NCBI GenBank assembly: GCA_963765495.1
Contig: CAVXWP010000009.1
Coordinates: 544,001-608,000 of the forward strand
Source of the DNA: Blastocatellia bacterium
GTDB taxonomy: Bacteria; Acidobacteriota; Blastocatellia; UBA7656
Direction: 5' to 3'
Length of the DNA stretch: 64,000 nucleotides
In this document: piece after piece, positions 1 to 8,710 of the stretch
Position numbering within the stretch: position 1 is the first letter of the stretch
How the letters are laid out: every line of letters begins with the position of its first letter
Made by a program: the position numbers and the translations under genes
The notes under the pieces: generated by a model
Seen by the model: the letters and a program-made list of their open reading frames with translations, nothing else
Told to the model about the DNA's origin: nothing
Database searches by the model: none

Positions 1-173
1 TTGAGCTTGAAGTGCTGCGGCTGCGGCCCCGTTATATAAAACTCAGGGGCAAAGCCTACGTTGACGGCCAGCTTGTAGCCGAGGCGGAAATCTCGTCCTC
101 GCTTGTCGAGCGCAGCGTTATCGAGCGCGGCAATGAGATAAATCAGGCCGCGTTCACCCCCGTAGAGAAGTAA
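1..173 (+). CDS. fabZ: 3-hydroxyacyl-ACP dehydratase FabZ, 3' fragment (truncated by window edge)
   Basis: Frame 3 reads ELEVLRLRPRYIKLRGKAYVDGQLVAEAEI...EK*, typical FabZ C-terminus; directly upstream of lpxA; not in ORF track. Confidence 0.85.
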   Translation, partial: ELEVLRLRPRYIKLRGKAYVDGQLVAEAEISSSLVERSVIERGNEINQAAFTPVEK

Positions 174-206
174 TCCATCCGCGCGAGGAGATCGTCGCCA
201 GACATT

Positions 207-977
207 ATGATTCATCCGACAGCCATAATCAGCCCGAAGGCCGAGCTGGGCGCAAACGTCTCTATCGGGCCATACTCGATCATAGGCGATGATGTAATAC
301 TGCACGACTATGTGCGCGTGGGTAGCCATTGCGTCATCGAAGGCCCTTCGGAATTCGGGCGCGACTCGGTCTTTTTCCCCTTCGTGTCGGCGGGGCAGAC
401 TCCACACGATCTGAAATACAGGGGAGAGCGAAGCTGGCTCCGCGCCGGAGAGCGAAATACATTCCGCGAATTCGTTACGCTGCACAGGGGGACCGAAGGA
501 GGCGGCAACCTGACCCGGATCGGTTCGGATAACCTCTTTATGGCTCAATGCCACGTGGCGCACGACTGCCTGATAGGCGACCACGTGATATTTGCAAACG
601 GGGCCTCGCTTGCGGGCCACGTGCTGGTCGAAGACTACGTGACGCTCGGCGCATACTCAGGAGTGCACCAGTTCTGCCGGGTAGGCCGTCACGCCTTTAT
701 AGGCGCTTCCTCCGTAGTGGTCAAAGACGCATTGCCTTATGCGCGAACCGTAGGCAATCACGCCCGGTGCTATGGACCCAACAGGATCGGGCTTCGCCGT
801 CGTGGATTCTCCAATGATGAAATGCGACACATCTCGCATGCCTTTCACCTTTTACTCTCTTCGCGGCTCAACACTTCGCAGGCGCTTGAAGCCATAAAGA
901 GCGACCTGGGCAGTTGGCCCGAGATTGATTACCTGATCGAATTCATCGAGACCTCCGAGCGTGGAGTAACTAAATAG
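207..977 (+). CDS. lpxA: UDP-N-acetylglucosamine acyltransferase LpxA
   Basis: Hexapeptide repeats, IHPTAII start, HVAHDC and VHQFCRVG motifs, SERG end. Confidence 0.97.
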   Translation: MIHPTAIISPKAELGANVSIGPYSIIGDDVILHDYVRVGSHCVIEGPSEFGRDSVFFPFVSAGQTPHDLKYRGERSWLRAGERNTFREFVTLHRGTEGGGNLTRIGSDNLFMAQCHVAHDCLIGDHVIFANGASLAGHVLVEDYVTLGAYSGVHQFCRVGRHAFIGASSVVVKDALPYARTVGNHARCYGPNRIGLRRRGFSNDEMRHISHAFHLLLSSRLNTSQALEAIKSDLGSWPEIDYLIEFIETSERGVTK

Positions 978-1121
978 GGGCCAGGGGCCGGGGGTCAGGG
1001 GCCGGTATCACAAGAAGAGAGCGGGATCGGTAACAGATGGAAGACCATACTATCAGCAAATCACCGGGGCACCAGAATAATCACTCAACACCGGCCCCCG
1101 GCCCCCGACCCCCGGCCCCTA
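975..1121. repeat. Inverted heptamer array, GGGGYCR family
   Basis: Left arm 975-1006 taggggccaggggccgggggtcaggggccggt; right arm 1090-1121 accggcccccggcccccgacccccggccccta. Confidence 0.9.
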
Positions 1122-1930
1122 CTACAAAGTATGGATTGATAGCCGGTAACGGACGATTCCCTTTTCTGGTGCTCGAAGGGGCTCGCGCGAGTGGGGTCGA
1201 GATGGTCGTGGCTGCGATAAAAGAGGAGACCGCCCCCGAGATTGAAGAATTGACTCCGCAGATTGAATGGGTAGGCGTGGGGCAACTGGGTCGATTGATT
1301 CGCTTTTTCAAGCGAGAGCAGGTTACTCATGCCATCATGGCCGGTCAGGTCAAGCATCATCAAATCTTCCGGCTCAATGCCCTGCCCGATCTTAGAATGG
1401 TGCGTCTGCTTGCGCGGCTGGCATCGAAAAACACCGACAGTCTTATTGGAGCAGTGGCCGCCGAACTTGCCCGCGAGGGCATAACTCTGGTTGATTCGAC
1501 GACCTTTCTGGAATCATTTATCGCGCGCTCCGGGGTGCTCACGCGTCGCTCGCCTTCACGTCAGGAACGCGCAGATATTGAATATGGCCTGACGATTGCG
1601 CGAGAGATTGCCCGGCTCGACCTCGGTCAGACAATAGCCGTAAAAGATCAGGCGGTTGTAGCGATTGAAGCGATGGAAGGAACCGACGCGGTGATTCTGC
1701 GAGCCGGTGAGATCACAGGCAATCGCCCGTTCGTGGTTATCAAGACAGCCAAACCAAATCAGGACATGCGATTCGATGTGCCGGTAATCGGTATACCGAC
1801 CATCGAAGCTATGAGCCGCGCGGGCGCTACGGCTATACACGTCTCAGCCGATAAGACGCTCCTGTTCGACAGAGAAGAGTTGATCGCGCTGGCCGACAAG
1901 CTCAAAATTGCTGTGGTCAGTAAGCAGTAA
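1037..1930 (+). CDS. lpxI: UDP-2,3-diacylglucosamine diphosphatase LpxI
   Basis: GLIAGNGRFP, DLGQTI, AIEAMEGTD, KPNQDMRFDVPVIG motifs; follows lpxA. Confidence 0.93.
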   Translation: MEDHTISKSPGHQNNHSTPAPGPRPPAPTTKYGLIAGNGRFPFLVLEGARASGVEMVVAAIKEETAPEIEELTPQIEWVGVGQLGRLIRFFKREQVTHAIMAGQVKHHQIFRLNALPDLRMVRLLARLASKNTDSLIGAVAAELAREGITLVDSTTFLESFIARSGVLTRRSPSRQERADIEYGLTIAREIARLDLGQTIAVKDQAVVAIEAMEGTDAVILRAGEITGNRPFVVIKTAKPNQDMRFDVPVIGIPTIEAMSRAGATAIHVSADKTLLFDREELIALADKLKIAVVSKQ

Positions 1931-2082
1931 GCAGTATGCAGTAGGCAGTAGGCAGTTGTACTAGAGGCGGGTACCAACTATTCGCATCTATATATTGCCT
2001 TGCTGAGTTCGACCCTTTGACTTTGATCTTGATTATCAGGTCAACTGCCTACTGCCTACTGCTTACTGCATACTGCCTACTG
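1918..2082. repeat. Inverted heptamer array, GCAGTAG family
   Basis: About 5 GCAGTAG-like units at 1918-1958 facing about 5 CTACTGC-like units at 2042-2082; lpxI stop lies in the left arm. Confidence 0.92.
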
Positions 2083-2125
2083 TTTGTGGTAAACTGAATT
2101 TGAGTGAGAAACCCTATCAGAGCGA

Positions 2126-2836
2126 TTGAAGATGATCAGAAATACCCCGGCTGAATTCGACCCGGAAAGCGCAATTATAGACGCCGATCTGCTGGTCAAG
2201 TACCGCATGGTCAACCGCGCTATCGAGACGCTGGAACGTGCTATTGACAGCGCGCCGCGCCACGTAGGGCTACGCGAGAAATTGCGCGAGATATTGATAG
2301 AAGTGGGCCGCCGCGATCACGCTGCGCAGCAGTGTCTCGCGCTTGCGAGCCTTCACATCTCATCGGGCGATCTGGAAAGAGCCAACGAACGATTGCTTGA
2401 AGCCAAACGACTCGACCCGCGAGTCTCTGTAACCGGGCAACTTCACGACGTTCGCCGGACAACCGCGCCTCCGGCTCGCGCCGAGCCTTCGGCTACGGGC
2501 GCTCAAAAAATATTCTGGGGAAGCCTGGCCGATATAAATCTCTTTGACGTGGTGCAGATAGTAGAAAACAGCCGCCTCAAGGGAGCGCTGTTTATTGCAT
2601 CATCGGCCGGAGACGGCGAGATCTATTTCCGCGACGGACAGATCATCGGCGCAAAATCCGATCAAGAGACGGGTATGTCGGCGCTCAGCCGAATGCTTGG
2701 AGCAATTGACGGCACTTTCGAGTTCGAGAAATCTTCCAAAGAGCATGAGCAAACCATTCAAGCCAATAATAATACGGCCCTCATACTCGACATGCTGCGC
2801 GCCAAAGATGAAGAAGAATACGGGCTGGGATTGTAA
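2126..2836 (+). CDS. TPR-like plus DUF4388 (PatA_N-like) domain protein
   Basis: GSLADINLFDVVQIV...GEIYFRDGQIIGA...GTFEF is the DUF4388 pattern; helical N-terminus; start may be ATG 2132. Confidence 0.75.
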   Translation: MKMIRNTPAEFDPESAIIDADLLVKYRMVNRAIETLERAIDSAPRHVGLREKLREILIEVGRRDHAAQQCLALASLHISSGDLERANERLLEAKRLDPRVSVTGQLHDVRRTTAPPARAEPSATGAQKIFWGSLADINLFDVVQIVENSRLKGALFIASSAGDGEIYFRDGQIIGAKSDQETGMSALSRMLGAIDGTFEFEKSSKEHEQTIQANNNTALILDMLRAKDEEEYGLGL

Positions 2837-2967
2837 ACTCCCCGAGCGCATCATCACGCAGCCGTTCATCATGATCTATAGTAGTATCGACAAGTAACCA
2901 CACGATCTTTTGTATTGTGCGGATCGTTTGCGCCTGAATGTGGGCGCAAGTCCTAAATCAAAAACTT

Positions 2968-3003
2968 CGGAGGGCACAGAGTCAATCGATTCTGTGCCCT
3001 CCG
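2968..3003. terminator. Probable bidirectional intrinsic terminator
   Basis: cggagggcacagagtc-aatc-gattctgtgccctccg stem between convergent genes, with T-runs on both strands. Confidence 0.7.
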
Positions 3004-3033
3004 GTTTGATGACTATGTCGGTCAAGGAGCAGG

Positions 3034-3648
3034 CTAAGGCTTTTGCGCCGGAGGGGCGGCTGCTCCAGGAACGGGGTTGGCCTTGTTGTACTCTTTGATG
3101 AAATCTTCCGTCACGTCGGTGCGCGGGTCGAACCAGACTATCGTGCTCGATTCCACGGCATTGGCCAGGTCTATGAGCATAACGATGCCCCGTTTTGCCG
3201 TGTATTCCTCGGCGAATTTGATCAGCTTTTTGTCGAGCGGTTCGAAGGCCTGATTTCGCACCCGCTGGCCTTCGGCCTGAAGGTCTTCGGCCTGACGCTG
3301 ATACTCGCGTTTTTGCCGGTCGAGTTGTTCGCTCATCTCGGCGAGGCGGGACGGATCAAGCGAGGCTCGTTGCGTGTTTATAGTGGTCTCAAGCGCGGTG
3401 ATTCTATCCGCCTTCGTCTGCAAATCCTTAACGCGAGGCTCGTATTGGCGATTAAGCTCTTCGAGCTTGATTCGAAATTCGGTTATATTCGTCTGAAAGG
3501 CATCCGTATTTACGACCGCGATCTTGCCCTTTGGCAGCATCGCCGGTGCCGCGCCCTGATTGGCTACCGCGCTCACCTGCTGGGCCGCAGCCACCGAGGC
3601 CAGACCGAGCAGAGCCAGTATTGCCGGCAATAACTTAAATTGCTTCAT
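3034..3648 (-). CDS. skp: OmpH/Skp periplasmic chaperone (paralog 2)
   Basis: Signal peptide, KIAVVN, long coiled coil, DVTEDFIKEYN; downstream of bamA. Confidence 0.85.
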   Translation of the reverse strand: MKQFKLLPAILALLGLASVAAAQQVSAVANQGAAPAMLPKGKIAVVNTDAFQTNITEFRIKLEELNRQYEPRVKDLQTKADRITALETTINTQRASLDPSRLAEMSEQLDRQKREYQRQAEDLQAEGQRVRNQAFEPLDKKLIKFAEEYTAKRGIVMLIDLANAVESSTIVWFDPRTDVTEDFIKEYNKANPVPGAAAPPAQKP

Positions 3649-3668
3649 GGACTACTCCTTTCCTGCCC

Positions 3669-4307
3669 TCAAGGCTTGCTGGGTGCGGGCTTCGTCGCGG
3701 GTTTAGTCGCGGCGGGCGGCGGAGGCGAGCCTCCGGCCACGGGATTTGCCTTGTTGTACTCGGTGATAAAGTCCTGCGTTATATCGGCACCGGGATTGAC
3801 ATAGGCCAGAGATCCTGTTTGAGCCGCACCGGGCAGGTTGAGTATCAGAACGATGCCGCGCTGTGTGGCATAGTTCTGAATAAACTGAGACAGCTTATCA
3901 TAGATGGGGCGGGTGGCATTTTCGCGCGCCTTGTCGAGTTCGGCCTTGAGATCTTCGTACTCGCGCGTGCCTCGCTTCTTCATATCGTCGTAACGATCCT
4001 GCAATTGCCTGAGCGCATCCTGACTCATGCTCGGGCCTTTGGTCTTTATCTCTTCTTCCATCTGCTTCAATTGAGTCTCCATGCCCTGAAGCGCTTCATA
4101 ACGTTGTTTATACTGGCCTTCCACCTGTTCGTATTTTACTTTCAACTCACCTATTTGCGAGGGAAAGGCTGCTGTGTTTATCACGGCTACTTTGCCATCG
4201 GGGATCGCTCCGGCAACCCCGGCCTGAGTAGCCGACTGCGCCGAAGCGCTTACAGCTACTGCTGCCAGAACCGCGAGTGAAAAGGCAGCAATCTTTAACT
4301 TTATCAT
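3669..4307 (-). CDS. skp: OmpH/Skp periplasmic chaperone (paralog 1)
   Basis: Signal peptide, KVAVIN, coiled coil, DITQDFITEYN. Confidence 0.85.
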   Translation of the reverse strand: MIKLKIAAFSLAVLAAVAVSASAQSATQAGVAGAIPDGKVAVINTAAFPSQIGELKVKYEQVEGQYKQRYEALQGMETQLKQMEEEIKTKGPSMSQDALRQLQDRYDDMKKRGTREYEDLKAELDKARENATRPIYDKLSQFIQNYATQRGIVLILNLPGAAQTGSLAYVNPGADITQDFITEYNKANPVAGGSPPPPAATKPATKPAPSKP

Positions 4308-4438
4308 AACTGCTCCTGTCGGTTTTGGATTGATACAGGCCGACGGTGAACGCCGACCCTTACCTGATAAAGGGTGATTATACCAGCGACGAGCAGGGTG
4401 TGACCAGCATTAAGTTACCACACCCGCTCGCCGAAATA

Positions 4439-7384
4439 TTAAAAAGTTCGCCCGATTGAGAAGCGAACAGCGCGTTTCTCTTCGATGAATCCCAGAGCGT
4501 TGTTTTTGGCATTCGGGTTTAGCGCGAATATCAACCTGAAGGGCACATTGATTACCGGAACTTGAACGCGCACCTCTCCGCCCATGCTGTAGCGATAGTT
4601 ATCAAATATCCCTGCCTGAGAATTCGACAGGTCGAGGTTTTGTATTACCTGCTGGTCGCCAAACAGGAGGACCTGCTTGAACCCGGCGGGCAATGATCCG
4701 GCAGGCGTCTCAGGCGTTGTGGCCTGTCTGATCTCGCGCTGCGTAGCTATCTGTCCTCGCGGGTTGAGGATCTCTGACCCCAGAACTTGACCTGAAATGA
4801 ATTCGCTCGTGACCGCCTGATCTTCGAGGCTGCGCAGATTGAAGACCGATCCTATGTCAAAAAACGGCACAAAAGCCACCGGCCCGAATATCGGTATGCG
4901 ATATTCGAGATTGAAAAGAAGCTCGGTATCGCCGCCTATGATCTGAGGAAATGGCACAGACCCGGGGGTCGTGAAATCGCTGACCGTGTATTTATCAAGC
5001 ACGCTCGGCGCCACGCTTTTTGAAGTGGCGTTGCCGGGCGCTCTCACCGGCAGACGAGTGGTGCCGAGCGTATCGGTCGAGGCGTAGACGTTGCGCGTAT
5101 TCGACGTGTTGCTTACAAACGCTATAGGCGAGATGCCGCGTATGCTGTAGCCGCGTATGGTCTCTTCCCCGCCGAGGAAGAAGCGCGAAAACAGAGGCGT
5201 ACCGCCTATGAAGGAAAACGAATTGGATTCAAACGGGGTGCCGAACGAGCTTATGTGGCCAAACAGAGCCCGGAATCCGAACGTGCGCGTCTTGCTCGGG
5301 TCGGGCCGCGCCGTCGCTTCGCGCCCAGCAAAAAGCGGGCGGAAATACTTGTACTCTATAGTCGGCTGTATGGTGTTCACCTTGCCGCCCAGTATGCTGC
5401 CCGAAAACGCCATCGCAAATGAGAGCGCCTGCCCGTTGGTCGGGTCGAGCGACGAGTTGAGCGTGTAGTAAGAGATGGACGGAGTAACAGTGGATTGCGT
5501 CACCCCGCTTTGCCGGAATGTGACCGGGATGTCGTTCTCCTTTATGTTATCCCGATTCGCCTCCGGGTCTATGATGTCGGTAGTCCTGAACGAATAGGAG
5601 AGACCGAGCCTTATAAAGCGGCCCTTTCTAAACTTCGGCATGAAGTAAGAAAGCGGAGCCGATGACGATACTGATGCTCCGACCGTCTTTTGAGTGAAGA
5701 GCGACTGGTTGAGCTGTTCAAGCGTGCTCGCCGCGTTGATAAAGGATATGCCCTGACCAAAGAACTGGTAGTCCTGATAAAAGACGCTGAAGCCCAGACT
5801 CACGGGTGTGCCGCGCAGATAGGGCTCTGTGAAGCCAAACGAGGCTACCTTCTGGCGATTTCCCGCCGCTACGGAAAACGACAGCGATTCGCCGTATCCG
5901 AGCAGGTTGTTGGTCGAATAATCTATTCCGAGAAACGAACCGCCTATGCCCGAGACGCCGCCCGTAAAGCTTATCTGCTGGCGGCCTTTTTCCTGTAATT
6001 TGAGCGTGATGTCTACCTGTCCTTCGCGCTCGTTTGTATTGACCGTGGCATCTTCTTCCTTGACCTGCTCGAAATATCCAAGCTGGTTGAGGCGCAACAG
6101 GCTGTAGTTCCACAACTCTTCGTTGTAGCGCTCGCCTTCGTTTAGCAGGACTTCGCGGCGAATGACGTTATCGCGCGTAAAGGTGTTGCCGATAAATTCG
6201 AGGCGGCGCAGGGTGTACTGCTTGCCCTCTTCCACGGTAAAAGTTATATCGGCTGTGCCCTTGCCCGGATCGTTCGGATCGTCGTGAAATTCGGGAATAA
6301 AGCCCGAATTGAATTGAATGTAGCCGCGCGAACCGTAAAGCTTTTTGAGATTGTCCAGCCCCTTCTGCAACACGGAGTAAGCCTTTATCGTTTCGCCCGG
6401 TTTTATGCCTACAACCGAAATTATCTGATCGTTTGAAAACTCGGTGTTGTCTTCTACCTTGATCTCTCCGGCCTTATACTGTCGGCCCTCATCGACTGGG
6501 ATAACGATCTTCAACCCCTGCCCCTTATGACCGAAGATCGGGACCCAGGTTCCCACATGTCCGACTTCTTCGACTCTGGGCGTTCCGAAGCGTGTGCGCA
6601 GGTATCCGTTGTCGGCATAAACCAGCACGCGCAACCGTTCGAGGTCGGCCTGAAGCTTCTCTTTGTGATAGATATCTTTCGATGAGAAGGTCGTAAACAG
6701 CCCCAGTTGTTTTACGAGTTTCATCTTGCCGCGCAGATAGGAATCCGAATAGACCTGATTGCCTTCAAACTCTATGTCTGCGACGCGATACCGGGGGCCT
6801 TCTTCGATTTTGAACTTGAGCGCGACAGCCGTCTTTGAAATCTCTTCAAGCTCCGGCTCTACCGTGGCGTCGGGGTGGCCCTCGTTTGCAAGCAACTCCT
6901 TGATGACGGCGGCGGCGCGTTTGGCCTTTACCGGATCGTATTGCGACTCTTTCGACAATCCGACCTGACGCTTGCGGAACTCTTCGAGCACCGTGGACTG
7001 CTGTATGGATTTCAGCCCGTCATAACTGATGTCGAGAAGCAGCGGCCATTCCGTCACCTCGAAGGTCACGATCTTTCCCCCGCGCAGCCCTTCTTCGGTA
7101 TAGACTTTTACATCCGAAAAATGGCCCTGAGCATAAAGCGAACGGACATCGCGGTCGAGTTGAGCCGGGTTGTATGGATCTCCTTCGCGAGTGCCGATCC
7201 ATATTTTGGCCGTTGTTTCGGGAATACGGCGAAGACCTCGAATAAGCACTTGCTCGACGGGCACTTCCTGTTGTTGTTTGCTCGCCAGCGCGAGCGGATT
7301 GAGCATTGCTACCTGTCCGATAAACGGCCAGATGCCGGCCGCAGCAACCAGCAATGCTGCAAGGTATAAAACACGCTTACTCAT
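4439..7384 (-). CDS. bamA: Outer membrane protein assembly factor BamA
   Basis: POTRA repeats, GNTFTRDNVIRRE, GGEETIRGY, C-terminal FSIGRTF. Confidence 0.95.
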   Translation of the reverse strand: MSKRVLYLAALLVAAAGIWPFIGQVAMLNPLALASKQQQEVPVEQVLIRGLRRIPETTAKIWIGTREGDPYNPAQLDRDVRSLYAQGHFSDVKVYTEEGLRGGKIVTFEVTEWPLLLDISYDGLKSIQQSTVLEEFRKRQVGLSKESQYDPVKAKRAAAVIKELLANEGHPDATVEPELEEISKTAVALKFKIEEGPRYRVADIEFEGNQVYSDSYLRGKMKLVKQLGLFTTFSSKDIYHKEKLQADLERLRVLVYADNGYLRTRFGTPRVEEVGHVGTWVPIFGHKGQGLKIVIPVDEGRQYKAGEIKVEDNTEFSNDQIISVVGIKPGETIKAYSVLQKGLDNLKKLYGSRGYIQFNSGFIPEFHDDPNDPGKGTADITFTVEEGKQYTLRRLEFIGNTFTRDNVIRREVLLNEGERYNEELWNYSLLRLNQLGYFEQVKEEDATVNTNEREGQVDITLKLQEKGRQQISFTGGVSGIGGSFLGIDYSTNNLLGYGESLSFSVAAGNRQKVASFGFTEPYLRGTPVSLGFSVFYQDYQFFGQGISFINAASTLEQLNQSLFTQKTVGASVSSSAPLSYFMPKFRKGRFIRLGLSYSFRTTDIIDPEANRDNIKENDIPVTFRQSGVTQSTVTPSISYYTLNSSLDPTNGQALSFAMAFSGSILGGKVNTIQPTIEYKYFRPLFAGREATARPDPSKTRTFGFRALFGHISSFGTPFESNSFSFIGGTPLFSRFFLGGEETIRGYSIRGISPIAFVSNTSNTRNVYASTDTLGTTRLPVRAPGNATSKSVAPSVLDKYTVSDFTTPGSVPFPQIIGGDTELLFNLEYRIPIFGPVAFVPFFDIGSVFNLRSLEDQAVTSEFISGQVLGSEILNPRGQIATQREIRQATTPETPAGSLPAGFKQVLLFGDQQVIQNLDLSNSQAGIFDNYRYSMGGEVRVQVPVINVPFRLIFALNPNAKNNALGFIEEKRAVRFSIGRTF

Positions 7385-7800
7385 AGAAAAATCACACTCT
7401 CCCTAGAATTAAAGAGCATTCAGTCGGTTCGTACCACCTGCTGTTTTTTAGTCTGAGCGAGCCCGTAAATATCAAGACCACCTGGCCAAACCGCGTGACT
7501 TCCCGCATCAGAGTCGTCAAATACTGCTCGCTCAAAACACCCGACCGCGGCCGAGCACATCGGTTTAAAGCTGGTGGTCTTGCCTCTCACTAAAACATAG
7601 AACGTCAATTTGATCGGTTATTGTAACAAAAATGCATCGGGCAAGCCAAACGATGATGAGCCTTTGGCAATCAATCGCCAAATGGCTGCCGAACACGAAA
7701 TTATCGCCAGCTTGCTTGTGGAATGTAAAATATGAATAATTGTTTTTTCGATTATCTTCGCGTGCCGATTGATAACCCGGGCAGGGCGCGCAGTATTGCT

Positions 7801-8607
7801 ATGAGACTAAATACCTTGCTTTTTTTCCTTCTGGTCACATTTGCGGTGGCCTGCGAACCTTCACCACAAATCCCCGGCGGACAGAAGCAGAACGCGCCCG
7901 TCGTTATCAGCGCATCGCCCGACAGGCTTGAAAACGCCGAACGCCAGTGGAAACGTATGCTTGACGCCTACGGCGCAACCCAGACGCAACCCGACTTTCA
8001 CCCCATCATCTACACGCCGCGCTCGCTTTCCGGCGTCAATGGTCTAAACATAATGAAGGCCGCGCCCGAGCCCGGCACCGAAGTGACCGCTCAACGCGAG
8101 GCGGTCAAAAGATTCATAGACCGCTGGCAAGATTTGCTCAACGCCGACCCGGACGCCGTCTCTCTCGTAGACGCTCGCCAGATGGATACGAGCACGCAAC
8201 GATTGACCTATCGCCAGGCCAATTATCATTACCCTGTCGCGGGCAATTACGGAGAGATGACCGTCGTCATCAACAAAGAAGGTTTGCTTCTGCAACTCGA
8301 CGACCGTTTTCTTCCGGTGGTCGAGATACCGAATCAACCGCAGGTCAACCGCGATGCCGCCGCTCGAAGGGTCATAGGCCGCACATTCACCTATTCCGAT
8401 ATCGCAGGCCGTCCGCAGCAAGTCACTGTAAACGACCCGGCCCAGGTAAGAGTCAAGGAGCTTGTGATCGCGCCGATTGAAAAGCAGGATTCCATAGAAG
8501 TACACCTCGCCTGGGAAATCATAGCTGGGACATCGCTTTCCTGGACCGTGTATATAGACGCAATGACAGGCGAAGAGATTTTAGTCAAACAGAATTTCAA
8601 CACGTAG
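7801..8607 (+). CDS. Lipoprotein with peptidase-propeptide-like (FTP/PepSY-like) regions
   Basis: ATG 7801 gives lipobox AVAC; RLTYRQ..YPV and HLAWEI...VYIDAMTGEEI resemble M4/M36 propeptide and PepSY segments; no HExxH. Confidence 0.6.
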   Translation: MRLNTLLFFLLVTFAVACEPSPQIPGGQKQNAPVVISASPDRLENAERQWKRMLDAYGATQTQPDFHPIIYTPRSLSGVNGLNIMKAAPEPGTEVTAQREAVKRFIDRWQDLLNADPDAVSLVDARQMDTSTQRLTYRQANYHYPVAGNYGEMTVVINKEGLLLQLDDRFLPVVEIPNQPQVNRDAAARRVIGRTFTYSDIAGRPQQVTVNDPAQVRVKELVIAPIEKQDSIEVHLAWEIIAGTSLSWTVYIDAMTGEEILVKQNFNT

Positions 8608-8703
8608 GGGCCGGGATCAGGGTCAGGGGTCGGGGTAGCAAACCCGGGGCCAGGATTTTTAACGATTCTCTAACCCGTATCCGGCACCGGCCCCTGACCG
8701 CTA
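8605..8703. repeat. Inverted heptamer array, GGGGYCR family (degenerate)
   Basis: taggggccgggatcagggtcaggggtcgggg ... ccggcaccggcccctgaccgcta; starts at a TAG stop. Confidence 0.75.
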
Positions 8704-8710
8704 AAAGAAT

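Noticed and set aside
2810-2836. C-terminal EEEYGLGL as an encapsulin cargo-loading peptide
   Set aside because: Lacks the GSL core, lies 50 kb away, and the protein type does not fit.
3034-4307. Tandem skp duplication as a novelty
   Set aside because: Two skp genes after bamA are common in several diderm phyla.
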